From Chrysomallon squamiferum (Eukaryota > Animalia > Mollusca), in the NCBI GenBank assembly GCA_012295275.1, contig CM022670.1, positions 19,902,001 to 19,966,000 on the forward strand: a stretch of 64,000 nt of DNA. Reading direction: 5' to 3'. The translations under genes were made by a program, and so were the position numbers. Shown here in pieces: positions 1-14,320 of the stretch (its first letter is position 1; each line of letters opens with the position of its first letter). A model generated the notes under the pieces. It saw only the letters and a program-made list of their open reading frames with translations. It searched no databases and had not been told where the DNA came from.

Positions 1-233
1 CCCAACATTCCTTACAATTTTCGAATTTTTATGCATATAAAAACAGCATTTTGTTCACAAAATTATCAAAAATATTAATTTAAAAATCCTCCAGATTATC
101 TGTGTAAACTGTATATGAAAAATAAACAGATTACATATTTAGACGTAGATTCTATTCTCATGCTATTTCCTTATGTTCCAAAATCCGAAACACTTCCGGT
201 CCGAAGGATTTCGGAAAAAGGATTCTCAAGCTA
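1..233 (+). mobile_element. 3' terminal part of a pogo/Tigger-type (Tigger4/MER46-like) DNA transposon, truncated by the window edge
   Basis: The end CCAAAATCCGAAACACTTCCGGTCCGAAGGATTTCGGAAAAAGGATTCTCAAGCTA is followed by TA (234-235). It resembles the Tigger4/MER46 3' end as recalled (…CCGAAACACTTCTGGTCCCAAGCATTTCGGATAAGGGATACTCAACCTG-TA). The upstream 'gtatatgaaa-ataaa…tttagac' segment is also collinear with that consensus. Confidence 0.6.
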
Positions 234-268
234 TACTACTTTTATTATTATTAATAATATATAATTCA

Positions 269-325
<57 letters not shown>

Positions 326-1807
326 GTCATTGTTGTTGTTGTTGTCTGAGAATTTAAAAAAAAAGAAAGAAACTAAACTATTTTATTCTAGATTTTATAT
401 TTTAAATATATTTCCTTTATTTTTTTATTATTATTTTTTTTTTTTTTATTTACCTTGTATTTGTATGTTTATTTGATCATTCATTCTAAGAATATAACTG
501 CAGCACAATGCGAAAATGAAGTAACCAAACTTTTCAGCACAAATTAACCTGAAATTGGTTTGAATTGGACATTATGTAAATTTGGCCGAACGCAATCAGT
601 TTATTTTAACTGAGAAAATAGAATAAATTGTTTTAGGTGCACACGACCTTGTCGCCGTAAATAAAATGCAAATACAACCAGTGCTAGGGATATTGGTCTA
701 AGCCACGAAACACAGAAATAAGCTTTTTGTTCTCTTTTCACTTTACACAGCCAATAAGGCCACTTAGCTGTCAAAACCAGAAGCGTTATCAGCTGGCTTC
801 GTTCCGCCAAAAAGCCTGACTTTCTTATTTTATCACGATGACCATGAATTTATAGTTTTTCTTAATTTTCATCTTTACTTCCGTGTGTTTTTCACAAGCT
901 TTCTTTGTTTTTCTCTCTTTTTAATTTTTTTTATATCATTCATTCATTCATTTTTTTTCCCTGTTACATTTCGTTCTTTCTTTCTCGACCTTTCTCGTTC
1001 CTTGCTCCTTTGTCTTCTTTTTTTTTTGGTCTTTTTTTAAATCTACTTATACAGACGTTCTTATTGAAAAGTCTTCTTTTCTTTTTTTTTTCTTTTTCTT
1101 TTTAAAATACGTTTTACAAATTTACTAACAAAATAAATTACTTTAGTTTCTTAACCGTTCAAATTCAACACGAAACTGTCATTAAAACGTTCATCTAGGT
1201 TCTGAGCTGACACAAACACATTAATTGATTAAGAGGACCACCGCACTTTCAGCTTATCAAGTCATCAACGATAAATCACAAATCACGAAAACAGGACCGC
1301 GAAGGTCAGTCATCGAGAAACAATTAAACAAAAAATTTTGTCGACTCACGAGGATAGCAACGTCGTCATTTATGAAAAAAAAAGGAGGTAAAGATGTAAT
1401 AATTTCAATTCTTGCAGAAAAAGTAATCATTATAGATTTATTTTACTATTTTTTCGCTATAGACTTTAAGCTTGTCCAGACAGCTCTGTTGTTTACGCTT
1501 ATGAACGGGAAACAACATCGTGAGAGATATTATTTAAATTCTGTTCAAAAGGAAGACTGTTTTAGAAGAGTCAGTGTTGTTACTATACCTATTGAGCTGA
1601 CTGAACAGATATACCTCTACTAAGGTACAATCCGAACCTCTCTATATAATGTATATGCTGATATTGCAACTACAATGTCTAAATCTGGTTATTTTTGGGT
1701 TCATGATATTTTTATTTTTCTCTATCAGTCTGTTTATTTATATAAAACACACACACACCCATGCACCTGTATATAAATAGGTTAGTACGTATGTAGGTGT
1801 GTATGTG

Positions 1808-1845
<38 letters not shown>

Positions 1846-3096
1846 AATACATGTATAAACATGCATATATAAATCCTTGCATGCATACATAAAATCATAT
1901 ATATGTGTGTTCATATGTACGTGCATACTCATACATACACATACATGCATACTTATATATATAATTATAGCTTTTATATTGATAATACTTCCATTTTTTT
2001 TTTCTAGGTAAGGTTCCTTTAAGCCTTCAACATTAACTCCATAAATCTTATTCCTAACTTGTCTTTATGTAGCTTTTATGTTCGCAGTTCTTTACTTCAT
2101 AGCTCATTTGTTTAGACACATACAATTAGTAGAAATAAAAGCAAGGCAAGGTCGTCGGATCGAATCTACGATGACAAATCAAGAGTCTTTTATGAGCAAT
2201 TATGTCCCGTTCTGCTACTAAGATATATCGATGACGACTTAAACGTTGACATAGTATAGATATTCGTCTTGATGGATAAAACTCTTATTGCAGATTTTAT
2301 TATTTTTGCTGAAAAAAATCTCTAATGCTAAATCTGTAAAAGAAAATGCAGATGCTTATAACTTTATACGGATTCACACGCATATTCAGACATGTGTGTA
2401 TGTGTGTATATTTATACACATACACATACCACACAGCTTACATATATTATATACCTACACACATACATACTTACACACACAAACACACACACACACACAT
2501 ATAGATACACATACATTATATAATACATACATACAAAAATATACACTTCACACATAGTCAAGAAACACGCTTTCGCGACACGGTGGACTACTCTTCCGAC
2601 AGCTCCCGGATTTTCATTTATATTATTTCCCCATAGACAACAGTACAAACTATGATGAAGCACTAGAACACGTTTGTATGTCTTAATAATTATGTGTTGA
2701 TGATTTCTGAATTGGCTGTTTTAATAATGATAATATGAAGAACAGCTATAATAATAATATCTTTTATTAGTGTTTGTAATATAAGAAAGAACAACAAAAG
2801 CACTGATAAACCCCAAACATATTCCAATTTGTCAGTTTATCTATTTTTGTAATAATGAAAACTTCTGGAAAGCAGAAGAAAAAACACACCATCTATATTG
2901 CAAATAACTTTGTTATGAGAAGGCCGCCAGTAATTACTTATTTCTAAATAACTTCACGTAATCTCCTGTTATATCTGTAACAGGTACATGAACAAGATAA
3001 CAATATTCTGACTTTTTCTGTGCAAGTCACTTTAAAAGTACCTACGTTATAAACAGATTACCTATTCCTTTTCTTATTCTCAGCTTTATCCTGGCG

Positions 3097-3292
<196 letters not shown>

Positions 3293-5970
3293 TGCGCATA
3301 TATTTCTCTGTCCATAAAATCGATTATTATTAGTATTAGCAGCACTAGTAGTAGTAGTGGTAGTATTAGTAGTAATAGTAGTAATTGTTCTTGTTGAAGA
3401 GTTTTCCGCGATTTTTATTTGGCGAATATTCAACGAAAGTCTTTTCTAATAAATTTCGGTACTTCAAAATATTTTTGAAACCAACGTACACAGATGACAG
3501 AAGTTACTAAAGTCGACTTATGTGCATAGAAAAAATAATTTAATTTTGGCGTGAATCGAATTTCGTTCCCATTACAAAACATCTGCAATTTGCAGTAATC
3601 AGTCTGAATTTAACATCCGCACTCATTGCCCTGCAGATTCTTCTCCATTTTGAGATCGTAAAGAAAACAGCCATGTCTAAATGAATGACGTTGAACAAAT
3701 AGGTCAAATAACCATAAAGAAGAACGACATTTCCAGCATCGCCGTGGGGGCTGCTGCTGCGTCGTACACACAATAATGTTGCTAACAGCACCATCGTAGT
3801 TCCTCCGTTTCCGTAAAACTGTAACTTGAGCACGCAACATCTCTAAAAGTCTTCCTGGCAAATTCCCCAAGTACGTCTGTTCATCATAACTAGAGCATAG
3901 TTCCAGTTTCGATTAATATCCTATTAGCTGTTATTCAGATGTGAATATTAGTGTGCATATTAAGTTTTGAAAAGCCAGTGGAAGCTAAGATGAAAAATAA
4001 AATGATTTTATTTAAAGTGTCACTAAGTAGTATTGCAAAATAAAAGGCTCCCAAAACTTTTTACCAAAAATAATTTTTGCATAGACAATGAATGCATGAA
4101 GGTATGTTTGTGCATACCGTATGTTTGAACAGGTTGTATATGTGTATATATATAAACAAATTGTAGGTGCGAGCTTGCGAGTTTACCTCGGTTTTATGAT
4201 TCGGAATCAGTAAAGGCGAAAATTACACTGAAATAAACACAATATAAACACACTCATCTTTAGTTTATCCATTAAAATACTCTTTAATTAGTTTAAATCG
4301 TCATAAAAGTGATCTAGGTTAAAACTTCCGAATTGTATTTTTGTCAACATTGCGACATTTCATGAGACATTAGCTTTATCATCGTGGCCAGTGGAAAGAA
4401 TAAAACGTGATAAAATTACGGTAAAATTGGGAAGCCAGCTGTAAAACGCGTCCGCCAATTTACGTCTATTGTTCGGTGAAGAGAAACATGTCTACCGATG
4501 AGAAACAAACAGTATTTGATGAAAGTCAGATTAGTAACATTATTGGAAATAACATTAAACATAATGGTTTCATACAGGTGTATTATCGTGCAGCAGGAAA
4601 CGAGTAAATTTGTGAACATGGGTAATGAGCGTAGTCAAGAAGAGACATTTATTAATGGAACATGAAGCTGAGCTTAATGAGAACTATCAGCTATAGTGAT
4701 AAAACTCTACATCTCAGAACTTACGTGTTCGTACATCCAATCTCTGTACCCTAAGCTAATTAAGGAAACGAAAAATCGTTAAATTATTGTTCGCTTCAAC
4801 CACTTTCATACACGATAACATTACAACTGTCTTTGTAATATGAAATGTATTATCACTGTACATATGGTTGAATCTTTAGTGTGTAAGTAAACATGATTAT
4901 TATATACTGTAATACTTAACCATCTAACATGTTAACATTACAACTGCACTGAGACGCATCCACGACTTCTGAATAGAATGTCCAAGACATATATGCATGA
5001 ACCTTCAGTGGATGTATGCACCTGGCAGATTAGATGATAAAACGAAATCATAATGAAGTATTAGGCTTTTTACTTGAAGAACCCGCTTAAAGGGACGTAA
5101 CTATTGAAGAAAGTATTTTTTGGTATGTTTCCTGATAATCTGACAGGAATACGAAAGCTAGAAAGATGTTTTTCTGTCGTTTTACCACTCGATTATCATT
5201 TCTGACAGATAAACGATAAAAGTTCAGGGCAGGTTTAGTATCAGTTTACACATAATAGTATTTCCAGTCAAGTGAAAAGAAGCAGAAATATCGATAATTA
5301 TTATAACTTACACCGGATATGACAAGAGATAAACGTTCTAATTTTATTAAGACGAGTTTAGTATATTAAAAAGAATTTGTCAGATATATTTAGATCTAAT
5401 GCATATTTTCGTAGCCATGATTATGCTGTCGAGTTTTAATAAACAACTAAAATGATTTTAGTAAACTCCAATCATTAATCGATTTATCATTTAAAAAGTA
5501 AACAAGTGGTCCATTGTCAGTTATTTCCAATAAAGCATTTAATAAATATTTTATGTTTGTTATTTAATTATTTGTTTATTTCGTTAGTTACTTACTTACT
5601 TTGTTTGTTGTTGTTGTTTTTGTCTGTTTGTTTATTATAAAAACAACACAGGACTATCACCCATTTTTCTCTCTTTCGCATAGTTAGCAAAACTTTGTTG
5701 AATTCTTATATGAATTCTCACTGGGAAGATCAAAAGTTCATTTAGAAACATTTTGATAAACATCAGCTGTATTTATGTAACGTGTCTGTGTATTTACTGT
5801 ATAAATATTTAAAACGAACATACTGGACTGCTGTATTCTGAAAACCGTATGCAGATTACTTCAAGATTAGTTAATAGCGTATTTCCTTCTTCTTCATCTT
5901 CTTAACTCCAAATTTGTCTTTTCTTTCTTATCTGTTCTCTTTTTTTCTTCTTCTTCTTCTTTTTTCCTGG

Positions 5971-6012
<42 letters not shown>

Positions 6013-6446
6013 ATATATATATATATGTCAAAAACATTTAAAAAAAAATTCTTATTACGAGAGGTTTTTATGCTTTTACTTTCTGATTATTTTAAACTCT
6101 TTTTAGTATTGTATTCTTATAAAACTCGTGTATGCAGTCATTATTTTCAAAACATACAAAGTTTCAAAGTATAGATATATCAAGTTTACTTAGTTAAAAG
6201 ACAAAGAACAAACAATGTCTGGACGGGATAATAAATCATAATTATCTTTCACCAAGTCTCGGATCAAGTTAATCAATATATGTCATTCAAACTGGGTCGC
6301 CGATGCTGAAGAATTAATTACAATACCTGTCATTTACCTGTTATTATTGTGATCCTGATTAAGGTTTTATTGTTGTTGTTTGTTTTGTTGTTTTTGCTAA
6401 TGTGATTATTGCTATGACAATCATTATCTTTATTACTATTATTGTA

Positions 6447-6592
6447 AGGAATATTTCATATGCATCATTCCACAGATAGGATACAACATATCACGCCCTT
6501 CGTTACGCAGTCTGGGGAGAGTGCAATAACTAAGACGAGAAACAGCTTTGATCCAACGAGCCACAGCAACTTAAGTGCTACGTCCTGCTTCC
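6447..6592 (-). mobile_element. Decayed tRNA-derived SINE copy
   Basis: The reverse complement starts GGAAGCAGGACGTAGCAC, similar to GGAGTAGGACGTTGCTCAG at 14175. It contains TATCCTATCTGTGGAATGATGCATATGAAA, similar to the cores at about 25680 and 32710. Confidence 0.55.
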
Positions 6593-7890
6593 GAGCGAAT
6601 AAGAGAAATTCGTTTTGTGTTATAAAACTTTTCGAATATACACACTCACACACATTACAACCTGATACTCAGTCTCTTGATGGATTTTGTCACATGATAA
6701 TAATATTACGCAAATGAACGTATGGTTTAATGCAGTTTAAATGATGCCACGTCGCTTTCAATATGTTATTGCACACTGCATCCATTTATAAAGGCTATAT
6801 CTAGTGTAGGAATAAAGAGGCTTGGAACGATGGAAATTAAAACGGGTCTTCTCTAATTATAAGCAAACATTTTAATCCTTTGAGGTTTTTTATTTGTTTG
6901 TTTATGCTGTTTTGTTTTGTTTGTTTTATCTGTATGTATGTTTTCTTTTTCCCATTACTGGCAATAACAAACAATGATAATAAAATAATAATGTCATTTT
7001 GATGAATGCATGATGTCATTTTCAACTTTTTAATGGTATCAGTAATATGTAAACTTGATGAGAAGTCTGGGTAGATTTACTGTGTTATTGAAAGCTATTT
7101 ATCATTCTCATATTAAGTGAGACCTTTCAAATTAATCGAAACTAAGGCAAGTTAACATGGAACTGTCTGTCTGTATCTTTTATCATGTGTGTCTCTTTGG
7201 CTGAACTCACCTCAAATATACCAAATATAAGATCTGAAAAGAGAGGAGACTAAACAAAATGAATGTTATATTATGTGTGAAAAAGCACAATGAAACATGT
7301 AAGTGATGTAAAAATTAAAAGACAAGCGAATGAAGAAAATAACTCATGAACTAAGTTTGTTTAAAGCGAAAGAAAAACACAAATGCGAAAGAAAATTAAA
7401 GAAAAATGTCGAAGAAAGAGTTGAGTAAGGTTAACAACAGAAAATTAACAAAGAAGAATGAATGAATGAATGAATGAATGAATGAATGGACAGAAGAAAG
7501 AAATGAATGAAAAGAAGAAATGTTAAAAACACACAAGTGAAAAAAGGAATGAATTAAAATACGGATCGATAGAAGGAAGATGGAAACACTTGAAGATGGG
7601 GAAAAATGAAACGAAAAAGAAAAATATAAATTAGAGATGGAAGAGAAAAAACGATAAATGAATGAAAATAAAAGGAATGGAATAATGAATGAAAAAATGT
7701 AAAAAGAAAAATGACGAATGACAGAAAGCAAAAAGAAATAAATGAATGAAGTAAAATAAAATGAAAGAAACAAAAAATGAATGAAAAAAATGAAAATGAA
7801 AACGAAAGATAACTGAGGAAATAAATAGACGATAATGAAACTAAAATTATTTTTATGTTGTTTTTTTTATTTATTTTTTTTTTTTTCCAG

Positions 7891-8012
7891 ATTGCTAAGT
7901 TTCTGTCATTTTCGTGGACGTTTGGAGAAGTGCTCTGTAAACTTGTCCATTATCTTCAAAACGTCTCCATCATTTGTTCCGTGGCGAATCTCACAGGACT
8001 CAGTCTGGAAAG
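7891..8012 (+). CDS. GPCR-A (class A, GPRnna14-like orphan peptide receptor) exon 2: ECL1-TM3
   Basis: Acceptor tttttttccag and donor AG|gttagt. 122 nt reading IAKFLSFSWTFGEVLCKLVHYLQNVSIICSVANLTGLSLE-R, with WxFG, C3.25 and an E-R motif split by a phase-2 intron. Confidence 0.93.
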
Positions 8013-8827
8013 GTTAGTCTTAGATTAGCAGTATCTAGTTACGGGTTTGTGACATTATCATTTCAGACTTAAGAGAACCGTTGTCAAATTCTTAAATTAA
8101 AGAACAGAAAATGCTGTTTCTGAAATAAAAATGCGTAACTAAATATAATATACCTGTTTATTCGTCTATCTTAAAACATATTTAAAACATACATGCGCAG
8201 TTACGTACACTCATTCAAAGCAGGCTATAGGACCCCCAAATTCGGACAAATTACTGGGGAAAGCTGAGTTAAAGCAGGAAGTAATTAGTGCCTATGTTTT
8301 TAAAGTTTTATTTGTAACGTTTCGCGCAAATTAACTTCCAGTCCATTTCAATTAAAAAGCCCATAGACGCCCCGTGTAATATTACTTGAATAATTATATA
8401 CTTAGCCACAAAAATCATTTTAAGAGAAGAAAGAAACATATGGCTGAAGTAATCTTATCAGATGATGACTTAAGCTAATGTAACAAAAACTGATAAGATT
8501 TACTTAGGTTAAAATCACCGGAGAAAAGTGAACAGAAGAAAAGACTTCAGTCTGAAATTATCTAAAGTAACCTCAGACAGAGATAATTTACAATCATTTT
8601 TCTTGGTCAGAACCGAGCGTCTCATAATAGCTTTGATGACGCTAGGGTCATAATAACAGGAAATGAAAACCTCTTTCCAAATGTCACTGCCATGATGTAA
8701 ATCCCTCCTACATCCTTTTCTTTTTCCAAATACGAAATCCCACTGAACAAAATGCGAGTAAGTTGCATAAATAAACTGACACAGTTTTATTAAGACAGAA
8801 TTTTTTTTTTTTTTTATTTTTTTATTA

Positions 8828-8895
<68 letters not shown>

Positions 8896-9682
8896 TTAAT
8901 CACAAGATCACTTCTAAGCATAATTCTGTCACCAACTGTTGGTGGACAGTTGGTGTCCAAAATGATTATGGTATATGACTTCTTTTTTTTTCTTTTTTTT
9001 TTTTTATGTCCTTGCTTTCATCCAATTAGGCTTAAAGTATCCTGCCTTCGGCAAATAGTGCAGATATCTAAGATGAATTAATGAATTTGTAAGCATGGTA
9101 CAGGAAATGCCGACGGAGTTATATTAAAGTATTAGTAAGTATCATGTAGGAAATGATGACAGCGCCCTGTAATCTCGTTCTCTTAGCATTATGGACTGGC
9201 TAGAAATAGGAGTTTTAAATGTGCTATCGGCACGAATAGGATATCGCATAGTGACATGTTAACTATAAATGGTTTTGAATGAATTAATCAGTTATTTTCA
9301 TAAACAAACCAAGGACAGCATACTATCTTATACTTGTGTGTGTGTGTGTGTGTTTGTGTGTGTACGTGCGTGTGTGAGTGTGTGTGCGTGCACATATTTA
9401 TATTTTTATATATGACGTACATAGATATTTTCACCTATTTACCTGTATAAACATATATGCATAAATGTATGTTATATATATATAATACATAAATACTCAC
9501 ATTCATACATACATAATACATATACAAATGTCAACATACGTCTTACATACAAATATAAATAACCATACATACACACTACAAACACGCAAATACATGCACG
9601 CACATACACATATGTCTGTGCAAAGCTGTAGCTAAAAATAAATTTATAAATAATCTTTAAACTGCTTGAATCATTTTTTTTT

Positions 9683-9715
<33 letters not shown>

Positions 9716-9759
9716 AAATTAATTAAGCCATCATTTTTGTTTCTTTGCTCTGCCTGTAG

Positions 9760-9883
9760 GTATTACGCCATCCTTCACCCTATTCGTGCGAAGTACACGT
9801 GTACTGTGGCGTTAGCAAGACGCACCGTCCTAATTATTTGGTTACTCAGCGTGATTATGGCCTTACCTATTCTCGTTGGACAG
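9760..9883 (+). CDS. GPCR-A exon 3: ICL2-TM4
   Basis: tgcctgtag| … CAG|gtaagt. 124 nt reading (R)YYAILHPIRAKYTCTVALARRTVLIIWLLSVIMALPILVGQ; completes the ERY motif and contains W4.50. Confidence 0.93.
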
Positions 9884-10742
9884 GTAAGTCTGTTTATACT
9901 TTGATGATGAAATATTAATTAATGAACCCCAATGAGATCATTCTGTGTTGAGTGTCAGAGGTCATGACCCACTACAGGAAAGGTTGGAGAGTTCGATAAT
10001 GAAAGAATACATAAACTATCTCACCATCAGTAAAACCCATATGATTTGTCGTGAATTATTTAATATACTGTTATTTTGTTGTTTTTGTTGATCTTCTTTT
10101 GTTCTTTTGTTATTGTTGTTGTTGTTCTTTTTTTGTTGTTGTTCGTTTTTTCTTTTGTTCGCATTTGTGTATGTTTATGTGTGTGCTGAGTGTGTGTATA
10201 TATATTGTAGATAATATTCCTTCTGATAGTTTTGGGCAAAATTTCTATTATTATTATTTACTTATTTATTGATTGACCTTTTTGTAATTCTGACATATAG
10301 TTTTATCAGTTTTATTATTATTTAGTGATGTTTTATGGATTTGTACTAGGCGATACAACGAAGGGAACATTTTAAATGCCATAAAATGATATCTTATCTA
10401 AATTTATGAGGCAGTAATGCGTTTTTTGGGTGTCAAATTATAGTCATATTTCACACCTGCTTTCCGCCATGTTTAACATATTTGAATTAATTTGATAAAA
10501 CATCAGCTTTAAAACTATTTTTCACTAATTTATTGGTTTTTCCTTTTCACACAGCGATCCTAATTTAATTTATCAATTTCTTCTTCCGCTCCTGCTGTTT
10601 TTTTATTTTTTATTTTATTTTTTTATAACATTTCATGAAGAAGGAAAAATGAAAAGAAAAATAAATGATCTGTTTACCGATTTAAATACACATAAAATTT
10701 GACTGTATGTGTGTATGTTTGTGGTGTGGTGTGGTGTGGTGT

Positions 10743-10800
<58 letters not shown>

Positions 10801-11794
10801 TGTTAAAGAGACAAAGTGAAAGAGATGAAAAAAATAGTTAAAGAGAGAAGACAGGCAGACAGATACACTGATTTACCGATAATTAGCCATGGCTGGAAGG
10901 ATGCTGAGAAGGAAAAGAAAAAAAAAAGATAAAGAGAACAAAACTAAGGAAAAGATAAACATGGTGAAAAAGATGAAGAAAATACATAGACACATAGCAG
11001 ACACTGAATATCAATCATTTGATTCCTTTTGATCAAAAAAAAAAAAAAAAAAAAAAGTCTTCCAATGCTCTATTAAAAAGAAAACTAAAAAAATATTCCT
11101 GCGCGAACAAAAACAATGAGAGGTAATCCAAAACGACTTTAGTGCCTTTTCCCGACAGAAGCTCTAATTAAACAGCTACTTTCGTACATTTTTTTTATCT
11201 CTTTAATGGTATTTAAACTCATTTCAAATTAAATAAGAGAGATGTTATGTTCTTAAAGTTCTCTTTTCATTTTTTATCGAAAAGTCAAAATAACTAGATA
11301 ATTTCAATTAATACATACGCTCTGGAATTTCTGCGTATCTTCACCAAACATGCAAATTAGAAGGGCTATCACATAAGGTCATTACTTTCAACATCGATAA
11401 AATACTGCTAAAAGAAAAACGTTTTTTTTATGGTACTTAGTATTTAAAGTGAAAATAAAACAGCAAAAAATCGATACAAAAGAATATATTATTTACTAAC
11501 AGAAAAGCGTTCTAGATTTAATTAGAAGTGTGGATAATAAGTACATAAAAGGAAAAAGATGTTATACAACTATATGTAATATGTATGTACGTATTGAGTG
11601 TACATATGTATGAATGCATGTGTGTGTGTGTATGTGCATGTAAATAGTTATGTATCTACGTATGTTAATATACCAAAATAGAAATGTGTTAATTTAGGTG
11701 CTTTTTAAAAATATTCTGAATACATACAGACCCAATATATATAGCATACACAGGCACGCGTACGTACATATATATGTGTGTATTTGTGTCTGTC

Positions 11795-11852
<58 letters not shown>

Positions 11853-12202
11853 TATATTTTTTTTAAATATGACGACAATGAATAATGTTTCATACCTAAA
11901 TCGGTTGGAAATCACTGTAAAATCTTATAATAACAAATTAAAGTGTCGTATTGGTTTTAAAAAACTTTTTAATATTGTTTACACCAAAAAAAAAAGAGAA
12001 GATAATTGATAATAATAAAATGATACAGTTGGATGTTAAGTCGTTTGTTTAAAAATAAAAAATAAAATCCTCTGTATTAATTAATTATAGTTATAAGGGA
12101 TACTGCTTCAGACAAAGGTCAGATGTCACGCTTTGGTACATACACGCACGTACGCACACACATATATGTGTCTGTATATGTGTGTGTGTGTATATATATG
12201 TC

Positions 12203-12259
<57 letters not shown>

Positions 12260-12574
12260 TTATATATGTATGTTTGTATGTATACTTGAATGCTCCTAAA
12301 TACAAGAACGCAATTTACGATATTATAAAAGATATTATTTTGTATGCTATCAAAACTATATAGCTTCGTCTAAATATATTTAAACTGTAAAGTACACTGC
12401 ATTCTTATTTTCAGACAGTTCTATCAATCTTCTTTTTTTCTTCTTCCGGCTTCAGCTTCACGAGGGTTCCATTTTGTTATTAATCAATCACGATGACTTC
12501 GTTGTACTGTTATAAATAATTATTTGAAATAGCTATTGTATTTTTTGTTGTTTTTATTGTCTTTAAGTTTTCTT

Positions 12575-12605
<31 letters not shown>

Positions 12606-12616
12606 TTATTATTATT

Positions 12617-12658
<42 letters not shown>

Positions 12659-12784
12659 GGTACTGTTGTTGGAGTTGCTGTTGTTGTTATGATTCCATAT
12701 TTGTACATTTTTTTAAATTCGTTTTTTAATACATTCTTCGTTATTTCGTTTTTATGGAGTTTGTTTTTACTGTTTGGTTGCTTT

Positions 12785-12827
<43 letters not shown>

Positions 12828-13028
12828 ATTTATATACAATTTTTATCAGATAAAATGTTGAACTCTTATGTTTTATATCTTTTGATAATATTGTTAGATT
12901 TGATTATAGCACGGGGTAAATCAGAAATTAGTGGCAAAAACATTTTAATAAAATGACCGTGGTGTGACAGATAGGAATATCTCTCATTACATTTATTATG
13001 TTTTTCTCTTTATTTTTTTATTTCACAG

Positions 13029-13231
13029 ACTCATCTTCTTGTCGGTGGACTGATAAAAGCCTTCTGGTGTCTTGAACGATGGGAACTTCCTATCTACCAT
13101 CAGTTGTACCAGATCTACATGTACATCATCATTCTCATTCTGCCGATCTGTCTCATGACCTTCGCCTATTCCAGTATATGCAGAAAACTCTGGAAGGTCA
13201 GTTACCACAGAGCTACCATTCGCGCAAACCG
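13029..13231 (+). CDS. GPCR-A exon 4: ECL2-TM5
   Basis: ttttcacag| … CG|gtgagt. 203 nt reading THLLVGGLIKAFWCLERWELPIYHQLYQIYMYIIILILPICLMTFAYSSICRKLWKVSYHRATIRAN(R), with the ECL2 Cys, P5.50 and Y5.58. Confidence 0.92.
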
Positions 13232-14172
13232 GTGAGTTCATTTACACCTCTTGTTCCATCTTCTTAGCAATTTCACAGCTAACACTTCCACTTAATCAAA
13301 AATCCAATACTGAATGTACGGTCCAACAAATCCAAAATAATAGATATTACAATAAATGCTAAACCATATAGTTAACCTTCAACTGTCTATTTGTAGGAGA
13401 CCAATGAATCATATTTCCAACAAAAAGTCAAAAGCACATGTCCAGCTATGAACTATATATTAATACATCTTAAACCATGTTAATTTAACTTAACGTTTCA
13501 TGATGTAAAATCTTCGCAGTCTTAAACTGTTGCCTTAACCGGAATCTCAGATATTCTCGAAAATCTTTTACTTGTAAATCAAGAGAAACGTTTTTATTAC
13601 AAACAATAAAAAACTGTATTAAACTACGAACCGCATACTTTTTCAATAAAAATTTCATTACCGACTGAATGAATTACTTACTAACGTGTTAACTATTATT
13701 TTTATCTGCTTGTTAATTTTCCAGTGAATTTTGTACAGAGATGATAGTTTAAGTATAAAGGTTCCGATTTTTATGACATATAATCTTTCAGCATAACAGT
13801 ATACTCTATGACCATATAAACGCAAGTGTATGATTCCAGGATGCATTAATTTCAAAAAGACTTTGCTGTCAGTTAATCTAGTTTATTTCGAGGTTTAGAG
13901 TAAATCTTAGATTTCGCTTAAAAGTCGGATTCATTATGATACTGAATAAAGATGATCTTGTTTCTTTTAGCTTTTAATGTCTAATATTTCTGAGTGTATT
14001 CAGAGTTAAAGCTGGCTCCATTTAATTATATCACTAGACCGCAGTCATACATTTTCTTTTTTCGGTTATTGGTTGTAACATAGTTCTCATTTCTGAAGAT
14101 GATTTTCACCGAAAACAACTATTTTTGTTATTTTAATAGTTACAGATCTTTAATTTGCATTTTCTGAAAAGC

Positions 14173-14320
14173 GGGGAGTAGGACGTTGCTCAGTAGTAGC
14201 CTCTACTCTTATTCACGATGCATAATGGGACTGAACCCTTTTTTCTTGAGCCCCATTGAGTTATTTCTAGTTCCAACCATTGCTCCATAACTAGAATAAC
14301 AAATGTCATTGTATGTACAA
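14173..14320 (+). mobile_element. Decayed SINE copy (5' half)
   Basis: tRNA-like head GGGGAGTAGGACGTTGCTCAGTAG. Shares the exact 14-mer TATTTCTAGTTCCA (14262-14275) with 25569-25582. Confidence 0.5.

Noticed and set aside
9933-9947. TGAGATCATT resembling the bantam miRNA 5' end (also at 60002)
   Set aside because: The match is limited to about 10 nt with no hairpin, which is expected by chance.
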